19,325 bases of DNA from Archangiaceae bacterium. GTDB lineage: Bacteria; Myxococcota; Myxococcia; Myxococcales; Myxococcaceae. The DNA is taken from the NCBI GenBank assembly GCA_043750125.1, contig JAYVCD010000360.1:1-19325 (forward strand), written 5' to 3'. The notes beneath the pieces are model-generated. The model ran no database searches and was not told the DNA's origin. It was given only the letters and a program-made list of their open reading frames with translations. Made by a program: the position numbers and the translations under genes. Within the stretch, counting starts at the first letter, position 1. Each line of letters begins with the position of its first letter. Of the stretch, positions 6,110-13,932 are shown in pieces.

Positions 6110-7876
6110 ATGCGTCGTTCGATTCGATACCAGCTGGTCGCGCTCTTCGGCGCGATGCTCGTCGGAGCGATGGCGACCTATCTGGCGCTCGCTTCCCGAA
6201 TCGTCAACGCCGACAAGCTCGCCACGGTTTACGACGTAAACGCGTTGTTGGCTGCGACCGTCTCGGACCAGCTGAGCAGCACGCTCGACGCGCTGTCCGA
6301 CAAGCTGAAGTACTTCGCCGCCGAAGGTGCGCCGACGGAAGGCCGGGCCCGAGCGCTGTTCTCGGCAGACGACGAGGTGCTCTCACTCGAGCTGTGGAAG
6401 CGCAGCACCAGCGGCGGGTTCGAGCGGACCTTCAGCTTCACCGACCTGCGGCGGCTGCAGTCGCTGAACCTCGGGGCTCCGGACCTGGAACACGCGCGCA
6501 AGGCCTACCCGGTGCCGCTCGAATCGGTCGCGGCGCTCGGGTTGCTGGTGCAGAACGCCAGCCTTCCTCCGGACCTCGCGTTGCTTCGGGTCGCCGTCGC
6601 CACCCGCGATGGAAACGGAGTCGCGGTGGCCGACCTGCGGCCCGAACGGCTGCTGAAGGTGGTGCAGAGCGTCGGGGTCTACCGGGTGTTCGTGGTCGAC
6701 GCGCGCGGCGGAGTGCTCGCTCACCCCGATGCCCAGAAGGTGCTGGGCCACGCCGACCTTTCGGCCCTGCCGGTGGTGAAAGACGCGCTCGATGCCAAGG
6801 TGGCCCGCGGCAGCCGGGACTACGACGCCGAAGACGGGGACGTGGTGGCCAGCTACGCCCGGCTCGACAAGGGAAGTGCGGCGGTGGTGGTCGAGACTCC
6901 GCGGGCCGAAATCTTTCGCGCCACCCGCGAGCTGCAGGAACGCTCGATTCTGTTTGCGATCGCGTTGATCTCGATCGCGTTGTTGGCGGCGATCTACTTC
7001 TCGCGCAGGGTCACCGCCCCGCTGCGCACGCTCGAGCTGACGATGGCCCGGGTGTCGAAGGGGGAATTCAACGTCGCGGTCGAAGTCACCAGCCAGAACG
7101 AAATCGGTGCGGTCGCCACGGCCTTCAACCAGATGACGAAAGAGCTCGGCAAGCGCAACGACGAGCTCGAACAGAAAAACGCGCTGCTGGTGCAGTCGGA
7201 AAAGTTGTCGGCGATTGGCGAGCTGTCGGCGGGCCTGGCCCACGAAGTAAAGAACCCGATGGTGGGAATCGTGGGGTTCGCCCAGCTGGGAAAAGAGTCG
7301 GTCGATCTCGATGAGGCCAGAGAATATTTCGGGTTGATCGACAACGACGCGCAGCGGGCCAACTCGATTCTTCAGCGGTTGCTCGAGTTCGCCCGTCCTC
7401 CCGACGTCGAGCGCGAACGGCTGGAAGTCAGAACGGTGGTCGACGGTGCGGTCAAGCTCGTCGCCCACCAACTTCAGCTTCAGGGGGTCCGAATCGAGAC
7501 CCGCTACGCCGAAGGCCTGCCGGTGATCATCGGCAACGGAAACCAACTGCGGCAGGTCCTCGTCAACTTGATGATGAACGCCGGGCAGGCGATGGAGCAG
7601 TCGAAAATCAAGAAGCTCTACGTCGAGGCGTCCGGCGCCGATTGGACGGTGCTCGTCTCGGTCAAAGACACCGGGCCGGGAATGGCCCCCGAAGTGCGCA
7701 AGCGCCTGTTCGAGCCGTTCTTCACCACCAAGCCGCGGGGAAAGGGAACGGGGCTGGGGCTGTCGATCAGCCGGAGCATCATCGAAGAGCACAAAGGCGA
7801 GCTGAGGGTGGAAAGTGAGGTGGGCGCGGGCGCGACCTTCGTCATCCGTCTGCCCGCTGCGCCCGTCGTGGTCTGA
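6110..7876 (+). CDS. Sensor histidine kinase (TM - Cache-like periplasmic domain - TM - HAMP - HisKA - HATPase)
   Basis: Two TM helices; Cache-like VFVVDARGGVLAHPD; HAMP PLRTL...NEIGAVATAFNQM; H-box LAHEVKNP; N-box QVLVNLMMNAGQAM; G1 DTGPGM; F-box FEPFFTTK; G2 GTGLGL. Confidence 0.95.
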   Translation: MRRSIRYQLVALFGAMLVGAMATYLALASRIVNADKLATVYDVNALLAATVSDQLSSTLDALSDKLKYFAAEGAPTEGRARALFSADDEVLSLELWKRSTSGGFERTFSFTDLRRLQSLNLGAPDLEHARKAYPVPLESVAALGLLVQNASLPPDLALLRVAVATRDGNGVAVADLRPERLLKVVQSVGVYRVFVVDARGGVLAHPDAQKVLGHADLSALPVVKDALDAKVARGSRDYDAEDGDVVASYARLDKGSAAVVVETPRAEIFRATRELQERSILFAIALISIALLAAIYFSRRVTAPLRTLELTMARVSKGEFNVAVEVTSQNEIGAVATAFNQMTKELGKRNDELEQKNALLVQSEKLSAIGELSAGLAHEVKNPMVGIVGFAQLGKESVDLDEAREYFGLIDNDAQRANSILQRLLEFARPPDVERERLEVRTVVDGAVKLVAHQLQLQGVRIETRYAEGLPVIIGNGNQLRQVLVNLMMNAGQAMEQSKIKKLYVEASGADWTVLVSVKDTGPGMAPEVRKRLFEPFFTTKPRGKGTGLGLSISRSIIEEHKGELRVESEVGAGATFVIRLPAAPVVV

Positions 7877-7882
7877 CGAAGG

Positions 7883-8086
7883 CTACTCTTCCCGCTGATC
7901 ATGCTCGTCGATGACCGGCGCCAGCTCGACGGTCCCGTGCTCGGCGACACCCAGCTCTTTGAGCAACGCCTTCAGCCGGGGAATGATGACGCTCTGGGCC
8001 TGCCCTTTGTGCCGGGGCGCTACGTCGATCAACATCGTCCAGCCTTCTTCGGCCAGTGAGACCATTCCATCGACCGTGCGGAACAT
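7883..8086 (-). CDS. Small hypothetical protein (67 aa)
   Basis: Fills the gap between the kinase stop and DUF1223 with protein-like composition. No family recognised; start uncertain. Confidence 0.5.
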   Translation of the reverse strand: MFRTVDGMVSLAEEGWTMLIDVAPRHKGQAQSVIIPRLKALLKELGVAEHGTVELAPVIDEHDQREE

Positions 8087-8111
8087 CCCTCAAGGCAATC
8101 CGGGCCGCGAG

Positions 8112-8133
8112 CACTGCGCTCGCCGGCGCAGTG
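8112..8133. other. GC-rich stem-loop (8-bp perfect stem) just downstream of the DUF1223 stop
   Basis: CACTGCGC-TCGCCG-GCGCAGTG. There is no U-tract, so it is not a canonical intrinsic terminator. Confidence 0.4.
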
Positions 8134-8138
8134 GAAGT

Positions 8139-8810
8139 TCAGGGAATCGGCTTGAGCCACGCGAGCCCGAGCACTTTGCCCTGCGGCGCCTGTTGGACGA
8201 AGGCGACGACCTTCAGCTGGTCGAGCTTCCAGCCGGGCTCGAGTCGAAGGCTTACTTTTCCGTCCGGCCCCACCCGCACCAACTGACGAACGACCGCGGT
8301 GTGGCTGAGGCTCTGGCCCCGGTTTTCGCCGCGCAGCACAGGGTGGGTCAGCCCGCTTTCGGCCAGGGCCACCCACAGCGGATCGGGCGCATCGGTTGCG
8401 GCAGACACTTCGATTCGGGAATCTTTGAGCTTCGCGCTCAGGGTGACCTGGGCGCGCGGGGCGCCGCGCTGCTGCGACAACACCTCGAGCGCGCGCTGCT
8501 TGTTGCCGACGAAAGCCGCCTCGCCCTCGACCACCATCTGGGGGGTGTACATCTGCTTTCCGTACGCTTCCTGGCGCGCGGTGAACTGGGGACTCGAGAA
8601 CGGGTCTGCCCACCCCAGCGAATTCCAGTAGTCGACGTGGAGCGAGAGCACCACCACCTCGATTCCGGCCACCGGCTGCGCCGCCTCGAGCCACTGCAGC
8701 GTCTGGTCCGCCGCAGGGCAACTCGAACAGCCTTCAGAGGTGAACAGCTCAACAAGCACCGGGGTCGGCTTGCCCCCGAGCGCGATGATCGTCAGCAAGG
8801 TCAGCATCAC
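8139..8810 (-). CDS. DUF1223 family thioredoxin-like secreted protein
   Basis: VLVELFTSEGCSSCPAAD (CxxC), HVDYWNSLGWADPFS, YTPQMVV, GENRG..L.H..VVR; short hydrophobic N-terminus. Confidence 0.9.
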   Translation of the reverse strand: MMLTLLTIIALGGKPTPVLVELFTSEGCSSCPAADQTLQWLEAAQPVAGIEVVVLSLHVDYWNSLGWADPFSSPQFTARQEAYGKQMYTPQMVVEGEAAFVGNKQRALEVLSQQRGAPRAQVTLSAKLKDSRIEVSAATDAPDPLWVALAESGLTHPVLRGENRGQSLSHTAVVRQLVRVGPDGKVSLRLEPGWKLDQLKVVAFVQQAPQGKVLGLAWLKPIP

Positions 8811-8845
8811 CCAGGTACGCCCGTGAACGACCTGCGGTTACGGTT

Positions 8846-9520
8846 TCAGCCTTTGTAGTGGTGCACGGACAGCACCTGGTAATTCATCGGGCCCATCGTG
8901 ATCCTCTGGCTCCCGTCCGGGTTGACGTTGTTCGAGCCGATGAACTGGGGCACCCCGTTCTTGGTCCCGGCGAACATCACCGTGTGGTGTCCGCCACCGC
9001 CGGTAGAGAAGGTCACGCAGTCGCCCGGGCTGGCATTGGCCAACGAGACGCGCTGAAATTTCGGGTTGCGATCCAGGTTGGCCATCAGCTGGGTCGAGCC
9101 TGCCGAGTAGTCGCCGTGGCCAATCTGACCGGCCGCCTGCAGACACCCCGAGACGAAGCTGGCGCAGTTGACGTTGTTGGGAACCCAATCTTCCATCGCC
9201 TTGCCGAGCACCGAATTCTCGAGCTTCAGGCTGGCGGCGTTCTTTCCGAGCTGAGCCTGGGCAATCACCAACGCGCCCGTCGCGGGACCCGAGCTGCCCG
9301 GGTTCTGAACCGGACCGGTCGGCGAGGTGCCACCCGAGCCCGGCTTCGACTTCGGCGGCTCGAACGAGTCGCGCTTCCCGGGGATGTTCAGCTGCGCCCC
9401 GGCGTAGATCATGTTCGCGTTCTTGATCTGCGGGTTGGCCTTCATCAGGGCCGTCACCGTGGTCCCATTGCGCCGCGCCAGAGCCGAGAGAGTGTCGCCT
9501 GATTGAATTCGGTAGCTCAT
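8846..9520 (-). CDS. LysM-domain protein with C-terminal NlpC/P60- or CHAP-like Cys-His peptidoglycan hydrolase domain
   Basis: LysM: YRIQSGDTLSALARRNGTTVTALMKANPQIKNANMIYAGAQLNIP. A Pro/Gly/Ser linker follows, then NCASFVS (Cys), PGDCVTF and GHHTVMF (His). AAGGAG ribosome-binding site at 9528-9533. Confidence 0.85.
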   Translation of the reverse strand: MSYRIQSGDTLSALARRNGTTVTALMKANPQIKNANMIYAGAQLNIPGKRDSFEPPKSKPGSGGTSPTGPVQNPGSSGPATGALVIAQAQLGKNAASLKLENSVLGKAMEDWVPNNVNCASFVSGCLQAAGQIGHGDYSAGSTQLMANLDRNPKFQRVSLANASPGDCVTFSTGGGGHHTVMFAGTKNGVPQFIGSNNVNPDGSQRITMGPMNYQVLSVHHYKG

Positions 9521-9550
9521 GGTGTGGCTCCTTGCGTTGGGTACAGAAGG

Positions 9551-9577
9551 TTATCGGTGTGGCTGCCGGGCCGTTGC
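9551..9577 (-). promoter_or_regulatory. Putative sigma28/FliA-type promoter of the LysM hydrolase gene
   Basis: Minus-strand ACCGATAA (9558-9551) matches the GCCGATAA -10 consensus at 7/8. After a 15-nt spacer, the -35 position holds GCAA (weak match to TAAA). Confidence 0.4.
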
Positions 9578-9618
9578 TCTCCTCGAAACGTAAAAAGCCT
9601 TGGTGGAATGCGGTCAAA

Positions 9619-10215
9619 TCAAGTGGGCTCGCGGGCCTGGAGCCGAATGGGGATCAGCAGGTCAGCCTCGGAGGTGAGCGGGGGAAGCTTCAGCGTTCGC
9701 AGCTGGGCGACGATGCAGGCGCCGACCACGGCGTCCCGGCGACTTCCTTCCTGCACCCGCGCTTCGGTCACCTTCCCTGCGGCCGACAAGCTCAACGCGA
9801 CGACGATGAAGCCGCTGAAGGACGCCTGTTTCTTCAGTTCCTGCTCATAGCAATGCTCGAACGAGGCGCGCTTGGAACGCAGAGCGATGCGAATCGCATC
9901 TTGGGGCTCGACGGCGGTGGAGGTGGGAACCGGTGCTACCGGCCGGGCCACCGCCGACCGGCGAAGCTTCTTCACCAGAGGAGCAACGGGAAGCTCAGGC
10001 TCTGCTTCGAGCTCTTCCTCCAGGGTGGCGGGAGAGAGGTCGATTATCTGCTCGGCGACCCGCACCGGAAGGGCGGGGGGCTGGCCCACGGTCCACGCAG
10101 ACACGGCGCTCGAGCGCTTCGACGAGGCGACGGCCGAGAGCGCTGCGGCGAGGAAACAGGAGGCGGCCGCGAACGCGAGAACAGCAAAGACGGTCGGCTT
10201 GATCAGAGCTCTCAT
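9619..10215 (-). CDS. AgmX/PglI C-terminal (TonB C-terminal-like) domain protein with N-terminal TM/signal and Pro/Glu-rich linker
   Basis: Hydrophobic N-terminus, then IRIALRSKRASFEHCYEQELKKQASFSGFIVVALSLSAAGKVTEARV...VGACIVAQLRTLKLP...LLIPIRL, with the paired Cys pattern typical of this myxobacterial domain. Start ATG 10215 (10227 is an alternative). Confidence 0.8.
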   Translation of the reverse strand: MRALIKPTVFAVLAFAAASCFLAAALSAVASSKRSSAVSAWTVGQPPALPVRVAEQIIDLSPATLEEELEAEPELPVAPLVKKLRRSAVARPVAPVPTSTAVEPQDAIRIALRSKRASFEHCYEQELKKQASFSGFIVVALSLSAAGKVTEARVQEGSRRDAVVGACIVAQLRTLKLPPLTSEADLLIPIRLQAREPT

Positions 10216-10334
10216 CAGGCAGGGCATTCCACCGCGCGTGCCAGCGAAAGAAGCCCAGCCTCCCGCGCGGTTGGGTGCACGGAAGGCGGGTCGTCGAGGA
10301 GTCCGAGGGTCCCGCCTGACCCCCAAAGCAGGCG

Positions 10335-11381
10335 CTACGGCTTTCCGGGTCCGGTGAACTTCCGGGCCTCAGCGATGACGTCGTCGGTGCCGGTGTGCAG
10401 CCCGACCCAGCCCGCGGTGTTTTCAGTGCGGGCCCACAGGTCCCCTGCGCTCTTGCCCAGCTCGAGGAAGCCCTTGTTCGAGCCTCGGGAAAGGTAGTCG
10501 ATGCGCAGCTCGACCTTCGGCTCTCCGGTCTTCGGCAGCTCGCCCTTGCCGAGCACTTCGGTGACGATCAACCGGTTCCAGACCTTGTCGTGCCAGTTGC
10601 GCACGAGGTCATCGGGTTTGTCGGGGGTCTGCTTCGAGGCGACCTTCATCGTCTGCGGAATCTCGGCGTCTTTTTGCAGGTACGCGTGCCGGGTGCCGTC
10701 GTATTCGATGACGAACTCGTCGAAGTCCGGCCCGCGAAACGAGTGCAGCCTTCGGTCGATCAACGCCTGAGACGACGGCTCGAGCTCGCTCAACAAAGAC
10801 CCGCTCAGCAGGTACACCGCGCTGTCCTTCTCGTCGCGCAGGTAGGTGCCGACCACTCCGGGCTGGGGGTTGCTGACGGTGAAAGCGTGCGGCTGTCCCG
10901 AGACGGTCACGGTGAGCTTGCGAAGGCTGTTTTCCAGGCCGAGCTCTTTTTGCTTTTCCGCTGGCAGCTTGCCCAACGCCCGCACGGCTTCGAAGGGAAG
11001 GAACCGCAGCAGCAGCGCATCGGCGCGCTCGTTTCCACGCAGCTCGCGGGGCGGTGCAGCAGGCTCACTGACCACTTCGTTCACCCCGGCGTCCCCCCCA
11101 CCTCCGTCGGCCAGCCCGGTGTATTGCGAAGGAAGCCGGGTGAGCCTGGAAGCGATGGTTTCCTGCCGCAGCCAGACGGCCTTCTGTCCTTCGGGCTGAA
11201 ACACTTCGAGGATCCGACTGCCGTCCTCGTAGCGAATTTTTCCCAGGGTCGACTTGCTCGCCTCGAGCACGGTGACGGTGTCGTTGTTCGAAGCCTCTTT
11301 GGGCCGCTGCCAGGTGACGTAGGCGGCGAGCAGTCCGGCGACGGCCAGCGCTCCGTTGATTGCCGCAGAGCTGGCCTTCAT
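10335..11381 (-). CDS. DUF4340-like membrane-anchored periplasmic protein of a Gld-type ABC cluster
   Basis: N-terminal anchor; KELGL...LTVTV motif and AVYLL; last gene of an overlapping ABC ATPase/permease/GldG operon. Confidence 0.65.
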   Translation of the reverse strand: MKASSAAINGALAVAGLLAAYVTWQRPKEASNNDTVTVLEASKSTLGKIRYEDGSRILEVFQPEGQKAVWLRQETIASRLTRLPSQYTGLADGGGGDAGVNEVVSEPAAPPRELRGNERADALLLRFLPFEAVRALGKLPAEKQKELGLENSLRKLTVTVSGQPHAFTVSNPQPGVVGTYLRDEKDSAVYLLSGSLLSELEPSSQALIDRRLHSFRGPDFDEFVIEYDGTRHAYLQKDAEIPQTMKVASKQTPDKPDDLVRNWHDKVWNRLIVTEVLGKGELPKTGEPKVELRIDYLSRGSNKGFLELGKSAGDLWARTENTAGWVGLHTGTDDVIAEARKFTGPGKP

Positions 11382-13219
11382 CGAACAATCTCCTTTTTGC
11401 GACGGCGCAAGACCATTCCCGCGGCGAGCACGGCCATCGGCCCGAGGAAGATGGTGGTCCAGAACCAGACCTTGTCCTGCGTGGTGGTACGGCTGATCGC
11501 CACGTCGGTCTCCTGGTTCACGATTCCCTGCAGTTGCTCATCGCCGAACAACCACTTCAGCCCGTCGACGACGAGGTAGCCGTTGCCTTTGCTCACCCCG
11601 AGCACTTCGTCCGCGATCGCGTCCGAGTCCGAGACCACCAATGCGCGAAGCTCATCTTCGACCCGGGTGCTGCCCACTTTTCGGCGGGTGACGGCGGCGA
11701 CGATTCCGTACGCCTTGCGCACCTCGGGGGGCACGTCGGCCTGGTAGTTCCGGTTGAGGTCATTCCACGTGGCGGGCTCGGCCCGGACGGCGAAGTCGAT
11801 TGAGATCTCGGCCGGGTGGGTGGGCAGCTCTTCGAGAATTCCGGCTCCGCTGAAGAACATCGGAAAGCCGCTGCGGCCGTTGGTGGTGACCGAGGGGTGC
11901 GAGCTGAACGTCTTGGTCCCGATGATGGTCCGGTCGCTGGGGGTGTACGTCTTGCGCGCGTAGGCCACGTCGTTGGCGAGGATCACCGCGATAAACTTCA
12001 GGCCCATCGGCTCGAGCAGCTCGTTGAAGTTGAGCCCGTTCTCGGGGTCTAGCGCGATGAACAGCTTTCCTCCCCGCTTGCCGAAGTCCGAGAGCGCCTT
12101 GGCTTCCGGCGCCTGAAACTGCTGCGTCGGGCCGAGCACCATCACCGCCGCGGCGTCTTTGGGAACTTCCTGCCCCAGCCCTTCGGCGCCGGACAGGGAC
12201 TTGAGCTCGTAGTTCTGAGCCTTGAGCTCTCCGTAGAGCAGAGAAATCGCCGCGCGTTGATCGCTGCCGCCCAGCGGCTCTTCGGTGCGCTCGCCATGCC
12301 CCGCGGTGAGGTAGATGGTCTTCTTCGAGCGGGCCACCATCAACAGCCGCTTCTGAACGTCCTGGTCCAGGCCGCGCAGCTGGCTCTTCGCTTTTTCCAG
12401 CTCGGTCCCGAGGTAAATCGATTCGTGGCGGGCGCCCTTCGACAGGACGATGACCCCGTTGCCGCTGACTCCGAATTCCTTCGCGCGCACCGGCTCGAGC
12501 GCGTGATCGAGGATCAACACCTGCAGCTTCGGAGCGTCCTTCTTCAAGTCATCGAAGTAGGCCTGCACCTGCTCGGACACTTCGTTGGCGGGCGGAAAGA
12601 ACATCGCCGCGATCACCGGTTCATCGAGGCTCTGCGCCAGCCGCCGCGTCGCCTCGCCCGGCCGGGTGGTGCGGAAGTACGAGAAGTCGACCTTGGTGTC
12701 GCGCTCGGTGGCGACGTACAGCGCAGTCACCGCGAAGGTCAGCAGCCCGGCGGCGCCCAGGCCCGAATACATCGCGTCTCTCACCCGCCCGACTTCGACC
12801 GTCGGCGCCTTCGCCATCGCGGCGTAGGCCAGCTCGATCAACGAAATCGGAATCACCGCCGCGGCCATCACCGCAGGCCACAGCGCGCTCAGCGCTCCGG
12901 ACAACTTCGGGCTCGACGCGGACAGCATCGCCCCGTCGACTTTCGCCAGCGCGTCGGACTGCGCGAAGTACATCGCCACCGCCGCCAGAGCGACCACCTG
13001 CAGCCCGAGCAGCGCCTTCTCGACCTGCGCCGCGCCTGCGGTGGCAGCTCGGGCGCGCATCAGCCGCCACAAAGTCGAGCCGACCGCCAGCGTCACGCCC
13101 AGGCTCGAGAGCACCAGGCGCCCGGTACCGGCCTCGAAGACCCGTTCGCCGACCCACAACATCAGCAGCCCGGTGGCCAACAGGATCGCGACCGGAAACG
13201 AAGCGCGCTTCATCGCCAT
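11378..13219 (-). CDS. GldG-family ABC transporter auxiliary component
   Basis: KTIYLTAGHGER, VPKDAAAVMVLGP, GGKLFIALDP, RALVVSDSD, N..LVVDGLKWL, C-terminal TM followed by RRRKK; several N-terminal TM segments. Confidence 0.85.
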   Translation of the reverse strand: MAMKRASFPVAILLATGLLMLWVGERVFEAGTGRLVLSSLGVTLAVGSTLWRLMRARAATAGAAQVEKALLGLQVVALAAVAMYFAQSDALAKVDGAMLSASSPKLSGALSALWPAVMAAAVIPISLIELAYAAMAKAPTVEVGRVRDAMYSGLGAAGLLTFAVTALYVATERDTKVDFSYFRTTRPGEATRRLAQSLDEPVIAAMFFPPANEVSEQVQAYFDDLKKDAPKLQVLILDHALEPVRAKEFGVSGNGVIVLSKGARHESIYLGTELEKAKSQLRGLDQDVQKRLLMVARSKKTIYLTAGHGERTEEPLGGSDQRAAISLLYGELKAQNYELKSLSGAEGLGQEVPKDAAAVMVLGPTQQFQAPEAKALSDFGKRGGKLFIALDPENGLNFNELLEPMGLKFIAVILANDVAYARKTYTPSDRTIIGTKTFSSHPSVTTNGRSGFPMFFSGAGILEELPTHPAEISIDFAVRAEPATWNDLNRNYQADVPPEVRKAYGIVAAVTRRKVGSTRVEDELRALVVSDSDAIADEVLGVSKGNGYLVVDGLKWLFGDEQLQGIVNQETDVAISRTTTQDKVWFWTTIFLGPMAVLAAGMVLRRRKKEIVR

Positions 13220-13932
13220 CTCCGGGCTTCGAGGACCCGGGTGGCGGCGAACAACGCGGCCCAGGTGACGAGCACGAAGTAGGCGACGTGGCGCAGGTGC
13301 ACCAGGCCCTGCTCGAAGGGCTTGAAGTGAATGTACCAGGCCAGACCGGTGATGGCCTCGGTCAGCGGCCGGTCGGTGACGCGGGCGAGCAGCCAGCAGA
13401 CGGTGAGCACGAGCAGCATCACCCCGGTGAGCACCGCGGCGATGACCTGGCTCTTCGTCAGCGCCGAACCGAAGGTCCCGACCGCCAGGCTCAAGCCGCC
13501 CACGAGCAGCAGCCCGAAGTAGCCCGCGAGCAGGTGCCCAAACGAAATCTTCCCGTACGCCATCACCAGCAGCGGCATGTACAAGCTGCAGAAGAGGAAG
13601 ATCGCGAGGAAGCCGAGCGCGGAAAGGAATTTTCCCAGCACGATCTGCCAGTCGCGCACCGGCGAGCTGTAGAGCAGCTGCAGGGTCCCGGTCTGGCGCT
13701 CTTCGGCGAGCAGCCGCATCGACAGGAACAGCGCGCAGAGCATGGTGAAGCCGCTGGAATAGAAGAAGAAGTCACCCAGCACTTCCGAGCTGCGTTTGGC
13801 GGTGCCGGCCATCGCGAAGGCGTTGAAGCACAGCCCGTCGACGAACAGCATCACCGCGATGATGACGTAGCCGCTCATCGTGCGCATGTACGCGGCCAGC
13901 TCTCGCCGCGCGATCAGCAGAACGGTGCTCAT
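13210..13932 (-). CDS. ABC-2 type permease (GldF-like)
   Basis: IARRELAAY, SMRLLAEERQTGTLQLLYSSPVRDWQIVLGKF, SALTKSQVIAA; about 6 TM segments. Confidence 0.92.
   Translation of the reverse strand: MSTVLLIARRELAAYMRTMSGYVIIAVMLFVDGLCFNAFAMAGTAKRSSEVLGDFFFYSSGFTMLCALFLSMRLLAEERQTGTLQLLYSSPVRDWQIVLGKFLSALGFLAIFLFCSLYMPLLVMAYGKISFGHLLAGYFGLLLVGGLSLAVGTFGSALTKSQVIAAVLTGVMLLVLTVCWLLARVTDRPLTEAITGLAWYIHFKPFEQGLVHLRHVAYFVLVTWAALFAATRVLEARRWR

Noticed and set aside
3070-7792. Long antisense ORFs (3070..4329, 6383..7792) and similar ones at 10395..11579, 12257..13282, 13288..14418 and 15006..16106
   Set aside because: These are typical stop-poor shadows of genuine genes in high-GC DNA, with no recognisable motifs.
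8139-8810. DUF1223 as the immunity protein for the upstream LysM hydrolase
   Set aside because: It is a widespread CxxC thioredoxin-like family, and adjacency is the only support.
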